Source: Azolla caroliniana (lineage: Eukaryota > Plantae > Polypodiophyta). From it: a stretch of 64,000 nucleotides of DNA. Both the position numbers and the translations under genes were made by a program. Below the pieces are notes generated by a model. That model searched no databases. It saw nothing but the letters and a program-made list of their open reading frames with translations, and was not told where the DNA came from. Positions within the stretch are counted from its first letter, which is position 1. Every line of letters begins with the position of its first letter. The stretch spans positions 20,894,001-20,958,000 of the forward strand of contig JBHGNT010000006.1 of NCBI GenBank assembly GCA_043228905.1, in the 5' to 3' direction. Shown in pieces: positions 45,935 to 58,526 of the stretch.

Positions 45935-48208
45935 ATGCGTCCTTCAAGCCGAAGGGCTGCTGACCAATCCATCCGACCTCAAGGATACATCCAATCCTCT
46001 TCTTCTCCATCTCACACTGCCAGTGCGCCGAAGAAGAAGGGGTTTTGCTATAACATTAATAATGATGATGACGATGATGGCGATGAAGAGCATGACTATG
46101 AATATGAATATGTGGAAAGGAATGCTGTGGTTCCTGATGACCATCGTAACGTCACGCCTTTCGTTGATGATATGCAAATAAATTGGAAAGGCTCATTTGA
46201 TTGTGAAGGTGATGTACAGTTAAGGCCTAAAGAGAGGTCGGTATTTGTTGGCTGCATTCCGGAGGGTATTGAGAATATAGATGAAGTGTTACACGGTTTG
46301 ATGGATGCTTTTCTTGAGCGATTCGATTTTGCTCCCCTTGAAGTAGGCGATATTCTAGCAGTGAGAATCGTCAAAGATTTTGCTTTCTTAGAGCTAGCTT
46401 CAGATAAAGTGGTGCAGATTGTATTGGCTGCCAATCAGCTTGATGTATTTGAATGGGGAATCAGTGGTTTCCATTTCAATATAGAAGGATGCAAGGGGAC
46501 ATATTCCTCAGTCCGGCCTCTTGTGGAATATGTACCATTAAGGCCCGCAAGAGTCATTTTTGTTGGTAATGTACCTAAGCCACATTGGAAGAGAGACTAT
46601 ATAGAAGAGGCTTTCTCCACAATTCTATGGGGATCTGATGGGAAAACTGATATGAAGCCTGTGGTGTCAGTTTACCTTCTTCCTGAATCTTCTGATGCTT
46701 ATGTGGAGCTGGCTACAGAATACATTGCTGATGCACTTATATATAAATGCACCAAGAATAACCAGCTTTTGAAAGACATTGGTGAAGATGTGTTCATTTG
46801 TCGTGATGCTAATTCTCCGCCAATGATGTCCAGGCACAAAATTGATATATGCCCACAAAGGTCACTCTTTATTGGGGTTTCGGTTCGGGATGAGTATTTC
46901 AAGATTGATCATGTCCGGAGGGTTTTTGATGATATTTTACCCCTGATATCAAGGAAGATCAACCGATATGCCTATTTAGAGTACATATCAGTTCAACCTG
47001 GGAAGGATTATGCATTCTTTCAATTTAACTCTGAGATGGTTGTTGATGCTATCATGGATGAATATGTTGAAAACACACAAATTTTTGTTTGCAAGAATTC
47101 TCCCATTCCTCTCACATACATAATGTTGAGGCCTCCAGAGTATATACGTCCTGGAGCAAGGTATAATTCGTCCGAAACTCTGGAAAGGCATTCTAGTGGC
47201 TTGGATTCTAGGGTTAGAGGCCAACAGAAACCAGCATATCATTCGACAACAGATAGGACACTAGCAATTGCAAAGAAGCAAGGCCACATCAGAATGCATG
47301 GAGAGCACCCTAGATCTCTTGCGCAAAATTGCCGCAAATATGTTGATGAACCTGCAAAGAAGCCAGATTGCATCATTTCTATAGGTGCTTCGCCACCCCC
47401 TGCTGCAATGTGGAATGGGCCAGGAGCGTCTTCGTCTGATCCAGATTCACTTGTAGTCATTGAAGGTCTTCCAAAAGGGTACAGATATAAATTGCTTCGG
47501 GGAGCCTTGAATGAATTGTTTGAAAGGGCACTTTCAAATACTGGCCTTCTGGAGGTTGGGATGCTAGTAGTGGGTTATCTTGACCGTGATGATGGTTTGG
47601 ATATTGTGGCATGTTTGCCTAATGCTGATTTTGCATATGCTTTGCTTTCATTGCAAACTACATTCATTGTATGTGGACATGAGATAAGGTTATCGCCAAA
47701 GGACCGGAGGAAGAAACTTAGTGGTAGGCCCAAACCCACAGCTATGCCATGGGTGCAAGATGAGCTGTTGGCTTCATCAGATGAAGAAACTGGATTTGAT
47801 GGAACAGATTCATTTCACACCACCGCACCTGAAGAATGGAATGACTCAGTATTCTCTCATGAAAGAAAGAGATGCTTCTCTGAAAATGTAAATGTTTATA
47901 TTTCAGGAAGAACTAGAAACCTAAGAAGGAAGTTTGGAAGTTCAGGTTCAGATGTACGGCATAAGAATCAACGTGTTTCACCAATGGATAAAGAAGGGTT
48001 TCATGGTCATGAAAGGGACCAGGATTTCAATGTGTATCATTCTTCTCGAACTAATGAAGGTCTGTATTGGGATGATAATAACTCAAGTGGTGGCACACAT
48101 CGGGGTCTTAAAAGGGCAGGGTTTTTGAATTTTGATAACAGTAAAGCTATGATGAAAGGTAGAGAGGATGGAAGGGGTTTCAAAAGAGGAATTAGGAGGC
48201 ATAATTAA
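45935..48208 (+). CDS. Intronless protein with about four divergent RRM-like domains and low-complexity ends
   Basis: RNP2-like RSVFVGCIP, RVIFVGNVP, RSLFIGV, LVVIEGLP; RNP1-like KDFAFLEL, SDAYVEL, KDYAFFQF; 757-codon open frame. Confidence 0.8.
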   Translation: MRPSSRRAADQSIRPQGYIQSSSSPSHTASAPKKKGFCYNINNDDDDDGDEEHDYEYEYVERNAVVPDDHRNVTPFVDDMQINWKGSFDCEGDVQLRPKERSVFVGCIPEGIENIDEVLHGLMDAFLERFDFAPLEVGDILAVRIVKDFAFLELASDKVVQIVLAANQLDVFEWGISGFHFNIEGCKGTYSSVRPLVEYVPLRPARVIFVGNVPKPHWKRDYIEEAFSTILWGSDGKTDMKPVVSVYLLPESSDAYVELATEYIADALIYKCTKNNQLLKDIGEDVFICRDANSPPMMSRHKIDICPQRSLFIGVSVRDEYFKIDHVRRVFDDILPLISRKINRYAYLEYISVQPGKDYAFFQFNSEMVVDAIMDEYVENTQIFVCKNSPIPLTYIMLRPPEYIRPGARYNSSETLERHSSGLDSRVRGQQKPAYHSTTDRTLAIAKKQGHIRMHGEHPRSLAQNCRKYVDEPAKKPDCIISIGASPPPAAMWNGPGASSSDPDSLVVIEGLPKGYRYKLLRGALNELFERALSNTGLLEVGMLVVGYLDRDDGLDIVACLPNADFAYALLSLQTTFIVCGHEIRLSPKDRRKKLSGRPKPTAMPWVQDELLASSDEETGFDGTDSFHTTAPEEWNDSVFSHERKRCFSENVNVYISGRTRNLRRKFGSSGSDVRHKNQRVSPMDKEGFHGHERDQDFNVYHSSRTNEGLYWDDNNSSGGTHRGLKRAGFLNFDNSKAMMKGREDGRGFKRGIRRHN

Positions 48209-50592
48209 TGTCCCTTATGGTTGATTGAGGCTGTACTATTCCTCTTTTGCCCGATCAAACTTAATGCATACATATGACAGTTTTTCTAGCATTGCAAGGC
48301 GAATCATGATTCAAACAGTTCCTATCTTTTCTTAGATGTTTCATCTCTTGTGCAGACATAATATGCTGTAGATGGGCAAAAGTACTATATAATTATTTCC
48401 ATAAAGCCTCTTTGGCATGCTAGTTTATGTACATTTATGTATCAAATTTGACAAACATCACACTGAAGTGACTTCACAGGTATGTGCAGCAAGCTGGTTC
48501 ATAATATTTTCTAGTTGTAATTTTAATGGTGAATGTCATGGTGTGAAATAACACCCACTTTATTAGCCTCCATGGATGGGCGAAAATCTGCATTCACTAT
48601 AACATGACTGCAGCGTAGCAATTCAAAGCCCATTAATTGCAGATGTACCCTCGATGGAATGTGCATGGCTTGGATGATAAAAGCATAGGAAATTCTTTTG
48701 ATTACCTTTTCCTACTTGTTGCAAATATTATTTGTACATTGTCGGCTAAGAACACATTTTCACTTGAACCGAGTGGATGGTATTGTGTATATGCAAAACA
48801 AAGGCATGTTTTGATATACTTTGCCCTTGTTGCTTGTGTATCGAAACCATTCAGGTTCGATTTACCCTCATCCAGAAGCAACAAATATGGCAAAATAAAT
48901 AGGAGAAAAAGGGGGTCCATAAAAGAAAGGATGAGCACAATACGCATAACAATGGTTCAAACCATTCCCGAGCTAACCATAAAACATTTTTGTTTTTGCA
49001 ATTATTTTGACATATTATATTTGACTTGATTTCTATTTTGTGTGAAATTCAAACACACTGTCTTATCTTTCCAGTGTGAGTACATTGTGCTAGATATTTC
49101 CAGTAAGGTCTGATAAGTCTACTATTTATGTGAAGTGAGATTCATTGACAATGCTGTTCTTTTACTCTTTCGTAATCGGTCAGGCAGGTTCACAGTATGG
49201 AATATATCAAATTAAAGACAACAGTAAGATTTTAAACTCTGCTGATTTACTTAAGTCTTTTATGTGGTATTTGGTTGCAAATGAGCATTTCCATAGACCC
49301 AATGTTGATCCTCACAAACAATTGTTATGTTTTCTGCATACATATCATACAATTATTTCTTGCAAGGCTTATTGTTCCCTCTAATGTTTTCTTGTTGTAT
49401 TATGTATATGAAATAAAAAGACGGAAAATTTACATAGTATGCATCGAACAAGTGAAGTGAATAAATCGTGCAATGTAGTTAAATCTACACAAGCATGCTT
49501 CTCTTCTAGTAGTGTGTTCATTATGATATGCTTGTGAGTCATTTATCCAAGCATAATGCCCATTGATGATATTAAATGCGTATATGATATTCATGATATC
49601 TTTTCAAGATTTTATGAATATGCAAATGTTTCAAAATCATGAACAAAAACGATTGTGGGTGTTGAAAAAAGAAAAAGAAAAAGGAAACTTCAAAGAGCAC
49701 TTTATATTCGTCTTGATAAGACCAAATGGCATTTATCCAAAAGAGAGCGCCATGTTGGAATCTTTTATCCCAAAATTAAGTGTTCAATGGTTTTAAAATG
49801 GTGCAAAAACATGAAAACTTTATATAAAGTTTGCACATGAAAGACCATGTATGTACATCACAAAAAGCCACGATATATTTATGATTAACATTGAATAATT
49901 GGCAAGCCAAGAATAGCTTTTGATCTTACCATGTTACTTTAATTACCTACCCACAACAACTTTCTATATGAATGATTAAGCTACTCCAATATATCAATAG
50001 ATATAGAATGTGCATCAATGTCTGTTCCACTTGTTTCACGTCATCTTAGATATATAACATGGAACACGGTTTGACTACTCAAAACATAGATCTAATGGAG
50101 GGGTCATTTTAAGTAGTTGTGTATATATTTCTTTTATTTTAATGTAGATCCATGAATGAGGTAACTCTAATTATTTCCATTACGTACATGCATCTACACA
50201 TAAACTGCACGCCATTTTAATATTGCTAATGGTATCATCTTGGAAAATGCCAAAAACATTGGGTGGATTCGGGATTTTTCCATCCAAACTGGGAAGCCTT
50301 CTTGTCTCATTAGACTAGACACATACGGCAGTTCACCCCTTCAAAGAGAAGTATACAAGTGTCGATTAGACACTAAATAGCTTAGAAGCACTCAAACTAA
50401 AGAGTGTAAATTTGTAGCGTGATGTCTCTAAGTTGCAGACAATCAAATAGAGATTGCCTGAGGAATAACATGAACGTTACCAGAAAACACTAGGAGGAAA
50501 ATAGATGTGTCGAGGGGTATCATCTAGGTAAAGTATATTTCTTGTGTATGTTTTCTCTCGAGCCTTCTTGGATTGTCACAAGGAGTAGACAA

Positions 50593-51695
50593 TAGTGATG
50601 GGCATCGTTCGGTTTCTTGGCCTTGAAACCAAACCAAACCAACCATTTATTCATAATAAAAATCGAACCAAACCTGATGCACATCAAATCGAGCCTCTCC
50701 TTTTGTTTCGATTTCTTGGCCTTGAAACCAAACCAAACCATTTATCCATAATAAAAACCGAACCAAACCTGATGCACATAAAATCAAGCCTCTTCTTCGG
50801 ACATATGTATATGCATATGCTCGATTCGAAGGAATCATACTTTGAAGGTTTTGTGTCTGACCCACATGTCGAATCCAACTCTAACCGTGGGTCGAGGGAC
50901 CGCAATGGCCGGGCAAAATGACCAAAATACAAGCAGGGGCAATTCAGGAAATATATCCTGCTTGTCTTGATGATGATGATGTTCTCTAGCAATGGGCCCA
51001 GTTCGGTTTCTTGGCCTTGAAACCAAACCAAACCAAACCAAACCATTTATAATAATATAAACCGAACCAAACTGTTTTTAAATTTATGAAGACATTTAAA
51101 CCGAACCGTTTAGAGCCGAACAGTTAAACCAAACCGTTTACGAAAAATTAAAACCAAACCAAACTAGTTTATCATAAATCAAAACCAAACCAAACCAAAC
51201 TATTTTTTATTGATATTAATCATCATACTTATGATAAATTTGTGTGAGAATAAATTTTGTTATCATAATAATCATAAAATTTGTCATCATACTTATCATA
51301 AATTTGGTCATCATACTGATCATAAAGTTGATCATTATACTTATCATAAATTTAATCATCATACTTATCATAATTGATCATCATAAATGAAAAGGAGACT
51401 CTACATATAATACATATAAAATTTAATAAGTTAAAACAAGAGTTTAAAATTAAAAGTTGAAAGTTAGAGCCTATAGAGAATATTTTTGAGTATTTTTTAA
51501 CCTATAAACCTATAAACCTATAAACCGAACCACATAAACAGAAACCGATAAGCCGGTAAATTCAAAACCGAACCGAAACCGATTAGTAACATTTGAAACC
51601 AAACCAAACCGTTGATTTATCTTTGAACTTATAAACTGTTAAGCCACAGTTTTTCGGTTCGGTTCGGTTCGAGCCGAAACCGGGCCCATTCACTG
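50593..51695. mobile_element. hAT-like non-autonomous element(s): main copy ~50987-51695 plus a duplicated left end at 50593-50790
   Basis: Termini TAG(T/C)(G/A)ATGGGC and GCCCATTCACTG; dense AAACC(G/A)AACC subterminal repeats; no clean 8-bp TSD. Confidence 0.65.
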
Positions 51696-51853
51696 TTCTC
51701 CATATCCATATCCTTATGTATATGTATATGTATCAGTATGTATGTATGTATGCTATATCCAACTTGTATGGGCCGTGTACAATGTAGAAGAAGAAGCAGC
51801 CATGCAGAAGGAGAAGGTCCCCCCTCATAATTGGGAGACGACATGATGAAGCC

Positions 51854-54800
51854 ATGGAGGAGATAGTGAAGATGAGTTGGGTTGACTCGGCCATGTATTC
51901 TGGAGGGATGGCTCAACCCCACACCAAGGATTTCCTGAGTCATCAGCCTTCTCTGATACGAGGCAGCAGTGGTGGCCAAGAACGGCGAAGAAACCACATC
52001 CTACCAATCCGCCTCAAATCCCAGGTCTCTTTATATGTGCATCTCTTACTTTCACAGCCCATGTTAAAGACATTTATGAACATAACTAATTATGGGCTTA
52101 ACAAGTGTGGTGAGTGCTCTATGCATCATCTTGCATTTTATTATCATATGTATCTTTTCAAAGTGATGGATCTGCTCATCAATACTGAATATTTAAATGC
52201 TTTGGCAAGTGATGGGCCCAGTCATTCACATGGACTTTATTAGATTAATGAGTGATGAGGTTCAATTTCTAATCTAGGATTTCATATGATTAACAAATTA
52301 TTCGCGGTCCATGAATAATCGTAGAGTTCTTTTATATACATGCTTAACAAGTTTGACATAGTGGGTCTACTCATAGTTTTCATTTTTGTATGAGTAATAG
52401 AGATGTGAGCCTGTATCCACAACCTTTAGATCTTATATGCTGATGGATTTATTCTATTCATAGTTTTGGAATTTATATGCTTAACATATTATGGGCTTAC
52501 TCATAACCTTAGTTCTTACATGAAGGTATGTGTATCGGCGCTGGGATATACTGGAAGAGATGAGCTAACCATAAAGGAGTTGCAGAATTGCTCCAACACT
52601 AGGCTGGATGATAAACTGCGTAGTTTATGCAAAGAAATTCAACTGGAGAAAGCCATAGATTTTCTGGTTGTCATGGATAAGCATGATGCTGTTGCTTCTG
52701 AGAATACATATCGCATTCTCATGAAGATTTGTGGCGAACAAAAGGCTTTGATTCAGGCAAAACTCATACATTCACATTTTGCAAAATGTGGCCTTGATTC
52801 TAACCTAAGTCTTAATGAAGATTTGCTATGCTGTTTTCTGAAATGTGGTAGTCTCAAAGATGCACTCCAAGTGTTCCAAAAGTTGACTTATCGCACGGTT
52901 TTCTCGTGGACAGCTATCATAAATGCATATGTAGATGATGGTAAAGCACAAAAAGCATTGCAATTGCATCAATGCATGTGTGAGGAAGGTGTGGAACCCA
53001 ATGGCTACACTTATGTAAGCCTGTTGAAAGCTTGTACAGATTCTTGTAATTTAGAGAAAGGTAAGATATTGCATATGGAAGCTAGAAGGAAGGGCCTCAG
53101 CTCCAATACAATTGTTAATAGCGCCCTTTTAGGCATGTATGGAAAATGTGGGGCGCTTAGAGAAGTGGAGGATGTTCTTCTTGAGGTAAAACATCCAGAT
53201 GTTGTGACATATAATGTAATGCTTGGGATATATGCTGTGAACAATACAATCATAGCTTTGGATTTTTATAGAAAAATGGGTCGGGAGGGGGTGAATATGA
53301 ATGGAGCAACTTTCACAGCTATTCTTCTAGCTTGCCGGAAATTTGCAGAGAGAGAGTGTGCGGCGGTTGTTGAAGGTCAGCTCAGGAAAGTAGTGTCACT
53401 ACAATGGGTTCAAGAAATCCATACAGATGCTTGGAATAGAGGCTTCAGTTCAAATCTAGTTGTGGGCAACAATCTTTTGAATATGTATGGTAAGTGTGGG
53501 GACGTTAAAAAAGCTGAGGATTTATTTATTGGGCTTCCATATCGAGATATTGTGTCATGGACAGGGATGCTATCAGCCTATCTTGAGGGAGGGCAGGAAG
53601 AAAAGAGTATATTATTATATAGGCAAATACTCGATGAAAAGCTTTCTCCAGATGGGCAACTGCTTGTTATAGTTATACAAGCATGTTGTGCGATGGCTGA
53701 AGAAAATGCTGAAGGCCGTCCATCAATGAAGAACCTATCTTTGGACATTGGCCGTGCATTACATGCTGATGTGAAGAAAAAAGAGCTACATACAGATCCA
53801 TTCATTCTAAATACACTTATTACTATGTATGGCAAATGCGGAAGCATATTGGAAGCATCAAATGTCTTTTGCTCAATGCCAGAGCCTGATATAGTCTCCT
53901 ACAATGCCATGCTGTCAGCATACCTTGAAACAGGTGAAGGTGAAATTACTCTACAGTTTTATCAATATATGCTTCAGAAAGAACAGAATCCAGACGACTG
54001 GACATTTCCCACACTTCTTCAAGCATGTTGCTTAATTGCAATAAACGAAGAAAAGTTCGTTACAGAAGGGCAGTGGATAAAGCCTCTCTCGCTAGCAATT
54101 GGCCAGGCTCTATATGCTGATGCTGAAGGAAGTGGGCTTGTTAGGAATGAGTTTGTGGGTATTTCCCTTATCAACATGTCTGCAAAGTGTGGGGGCTGTT
54201 CTATTGCAGAAAAAGTATTCAATGAACTTTCACATAGTGATCCCATTCCATGGAATGCCATGCTTTCAGTCTATATAGAGCAAGCTGAACCAGACAAAGC
54301 TTTAAACTTGTATCGACAAATGCAAGAGGAAGGTATAACTCCTAGCGAGAGCACATTTTTGGTCATGTTTCAAGCATGCTGCATCCTTGCAGAGGGGAAG
54401 AATGAAAGTTTGATAGCACTGGAAATTGGTCATGCATTTCATGCTGATGCTCAGAGGAAGGGCTTTGATACCTATTTATTCATTGGTAGCATTCTTATTA
54501 GTATGTATAGCAAATGCGGATGTCTTCGGGAAGCCGAAAATGCATTCTGTAAGTTAGCCTCACCAAACATTGTGGCATGGAATCTTCTTCTTTCGGCATA
54601 TGTTGATTCAAAAGAAGCTAAGAGGGCCCTCCAGGTGCTTAAACTAATGCAAGAGCAATGTGTCATTCCCACTGAGTGGACGATTTCTATTACACTAGAA
54701 GCATGTTGTATATTAGAAGAGAACCAAAAATATACGGAAATACAAGTGAATTCATATTATGCCATTGAAATCGGGATGGCATTACATCATGATGCATTGC

Positions 54801-55735
54801 TGAATGGGTTTGATTTATGCATATCTGTCGTTAATAGTCTTATTAGTATGTATGGCAGATGTGGAAGCATTTGGGAAGCTGTGAAGGTCTTTCAGATGCT
54901 ACCTCAGCGTCAAACTGATTCATGGAATGAGATACTCTCGGCATGTATTTTTCATGATGAACAAGATAAGGCCTTACAAATGTTTAATGAAATGCAAAAT
55001 GTTGGTGTTTCTCTAGATGAAACTACCTTTGTTTGCACTTTACAAGCTTGCAGTGAGACAGGAAGTGTAGATATTTGCAGGCATGTACATTCAATCATTG
55101 CATCGTATAGACTTGAGTTGGATCTACGTATAGCAACCACTCTTATTCATGCATATGGTAGCTGTGCAAGCATGATGGATGCTCAAGAAGTCTTCAATAA
55201 TATGCCAGAGCATGATGTAGTGTCATGGAGTGCATTAATAGCCGGGTATGCTCGTGAAGGTAACTCAAAGGACAGTAGAAATTGGTACAATAAAATGCGT
55301 TGTGCACATGTTGTTCCTAATAAGGTTACTTTTCTTTCATTGTTATGTGCATGTAGTCATGGTGGACTCATAGATGAAGGAATAGAATACTTTGAATCCA
55401 TGAATCGAGATTATGGCATGACTCCAGAAACTGATCACATCGTGTATATGATAGACCTTATTGCACGAGCTGGTGATTGCTCAAAGGTGGAAGCCATATT
55501 TTCAAGATTATCAATAGAGTCTAATGCAGCAATTTGGTTGTCTTTATTGGGAGCTTGCCAGAGACATGGAAATGTTAGTTTAGGAGAGGAGGCATTCAAG
55601 CGAGTATTACAGATGCAACCGAATCACGATCTAGCATACATATTGATGTCAAACATCTATGTGGATTCTACCCTTGGGGGGAAAGCAAGAGTTGTGGAAA
55701 ACACACCAATGAGACAATGTGTTGAAGCTCTATGA
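51854..55735 (+). CDS. Large PLS-class PPR protein with extended (LL-type) L motifs and E domain, no DYW; probable exons 51854-52024 and 52526-55735
   Basis: Many P/L/S motifs; phase-0 CAG|GT..AAG|GTA intron; E motif IWLSLLGACQRHGN..AYILMSNIY. Confidence 0.92.
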
Positions 55736-55859
55736 TGACCTCAATGTTTAATCTTTTCCTTGATCCACAATACCATTGCGTTCAAGCTCCTTCGATTCTT
55801 GTAATTTGCATCAACGTCTTGCTGCAACACAACTAGGTATATATGGATGGCATGTTAAT

Positions 55860-56560
55860 TGCTCACAAGAACAACGGTGGTCTTGATGCTTTCAGGTTAC
55901 AATTGAATAACAACCTTGGGTGCAGTTGGACTGGGTAGGGGTAGTAGACTTCCAGTGCTGTAACATAAGGAATATGCTGTTGAAGTTGTTGGAGCATTTC
56001 AACATTGAGGGGACAAATGTGAAACCTACCAAGGGAAGATCTACTAAGTAAAGGCAAGGAAAGGACCGAGATGTCCATTGTACATTTGCATCAAATGTAG
56101 GGGGTGTCATGTATGCTAAAATATTGATGAGGTTAGGGTTGAGCGGTATATTAAGTTAACAAAGAAATATTCAAATAAGCTCTGAAAGTGGAGTCTTACC
56201 ATAAAAGGGGTGGATCCTTACCTATCTCATGTATCTGGGGATTTTCCTCTGTGATTTCCACATTGGCATGTCTAGGTGAAAACAAATTCCTAATATAAGG
56301 CATCCTTGATATGCTCAAGAAGGATAAATTTTCAAACCATGTTAGGTTGGATGCACCATATTGGGGTGGAAATGTCCTTGAAAGCATGAGTAAAGAAGAT
56401 GAGAGATAATATTATGCAATATGTAAATTGGTTGGCATATGATATTGCAGACAATGCCAACTGATTGAAGCATTCACTATGCCTTTGATGTTCGTCATCT
56501 CCGATGTAGCTAGCAATGATTGGGAAGAGGTTCAACCCGGCTCATGAGCAAAGAAATGTT
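55860..56560 (-). mobile_element. Possible degenerate LINE 3' fragment
   Basis: Broken W/C/H-rich reading frames reminiscent of zf-RVT regions; weak. Confidence 0.3.
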
Positions 56561-57127
56561 CTGCGTAAAGTTACCGCATAATCTTTTTGTACCAAAGAAT
56601 TGTCCTTGTAAGTTTACGACAAAATATGTATTACTGGTAAAGATTCAAAAGACTAGGGGTATTTTAGTGTTTTAACATTTCTTTACAATCTTATGAGCCA
56701 TTCCATTAAACATGACAAGGTGTTCCACATTGAATCCGTGTAAATGATGGCGGGGCATTTCTTCTCGAGGTCTTTTCTTCATGTGTATGCTACAAAGAGA
56801 GAACTGAAACACTTGTTTATTTTTTCTTTTGCATCTTTGTTTAATAAATAGTGCGCTATTGCCTTTCGGATTTTGTTGTCAATTTCTTGTATTAATATGA
56901 ATCTCACAAATAGATCAAGTGAATTAAGAACTATAAAATCTTTATTTTGGCAGTAGGCCATCAAAGAGCTCCGAAAATTCCTTACAATAAAGGGCAAAAA
57001 ATGGTTATGAGGTAGGCACTTGCATTGATTGATTGGAGGGTTGGATGCATCAATGAATCCTTCATTAACTTTACATACTTGTATCATTTATGATGGCATA
57101 AAAAGTAATGGTTGGAAGGCATTAGAC

Positions 57128-58462
57128 TTAGTTGACAAAGCCTTTATATAAACTTTCGGACACCAATCCATTAGCCTTTTCGGTGGGATGAAAAGCATCC
57201 CAGAATACATAGTCTCCCCTATCCTCACAGGGTGTCACAAATGGCAAACATAGTAATTGTCCATTGAATCTTCCCACACCACAACATGCCGTGTCACCGT
57301 ATTTGAAGCCTACAAAAGTGTCGAAACACTTAGTTTTGCGTTAACACACCTTGGGGCAAAAGAAGCTTATAAAATTTCAAACACAAGTTGCTAGCTTTGA
57401 ATCTACACTTATTCATTATTGTTAGTAGCTTGTATTAAGTTTCTAATCTTCATAACAATAAAATGGTGATGTGAGTTTGACACACTCAAGAGTCTACAAT
57501 TCCTTGCTCAATTATGCATACCATAACTTCTTCACGAAAATGCTTGGTAAATTCTATGAGGAAAATGACTTAAATCAATAAAAAGTTTATTGTGATTGAA
57601 ATATTCTAGATACATGAAAAAACTATTATATTTGTATATCTACCTATGTAATCTTTCATAGGACATTCAAGACATTGATCCATTCAAGGACCTTCAATCA
57701 CCAACAATTAACAAAAGGAAGGCTAGTTAGAGTAAAAGAGTGTGAAAAGGTAAAGCATTTTACCAAATTTTTCCGGAGTTTGGCGATAGTCAAAGATGGG
57801 GTTAAAGACATCTCCATATAGAAACTTGGCTCCTGGCAATTTGGCATTGAAGCTCGGTAACCTCGCCTCGAGTGCAGCATTGAAGTCTTGTGCCAATTTG
57901 TTAACAAACTCCACACACTCGCCATTCGAATTAGCTTTTACTAATTGAGAAGGAATACACCCAATCGGCCCGATCGAGGCCACTGACACGCTACGTGCAC
58001 CCAATTCGTACATTCGCTGCATTTAACAATAGGTCTACATTAGAGGATTTTGTAACCTTTAAAAACCATGGTCCAAACTTGTATAGGATTCAATGCTTTC
58101 ACACTTACATTAAGTTGGCCTATGAATGTGTTCACTAAGAGATCTTGGTAGTCTGGAATTGTATAGTTTCTCCCGGTTGCGGAATTCCTCAATAGATAGT
58201 TATTTACATAGTCATTGCTCCCAATGATCACTGCGAACAATGACTTACTCAAGAAATCTGCGGTCCGTTCTGCCCCAAGCATTTTAGTCAGCTCTTCAAC
58301 ATTGTTCTCGAACCATGAGATTTGTGTGTCTAAATCCACTCTTCCAATCTATTTAACATTATAGTAAGATGAGTTTCCAACTTTCATATATACATTTGTT
58401 ACCAAATTTCAACTTTCAATCAAAGTCACTTCAATATGCTTTTTGTATAGGGCCACAAATGA

Positions 58463-58526
<64 letters not shown>

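Noticed and set aside
55736-55860. Cryptic DYW domain after the large PPR
   Set aside because: No PG box, HxE or CxxC motif in any frame downstream of the stop.
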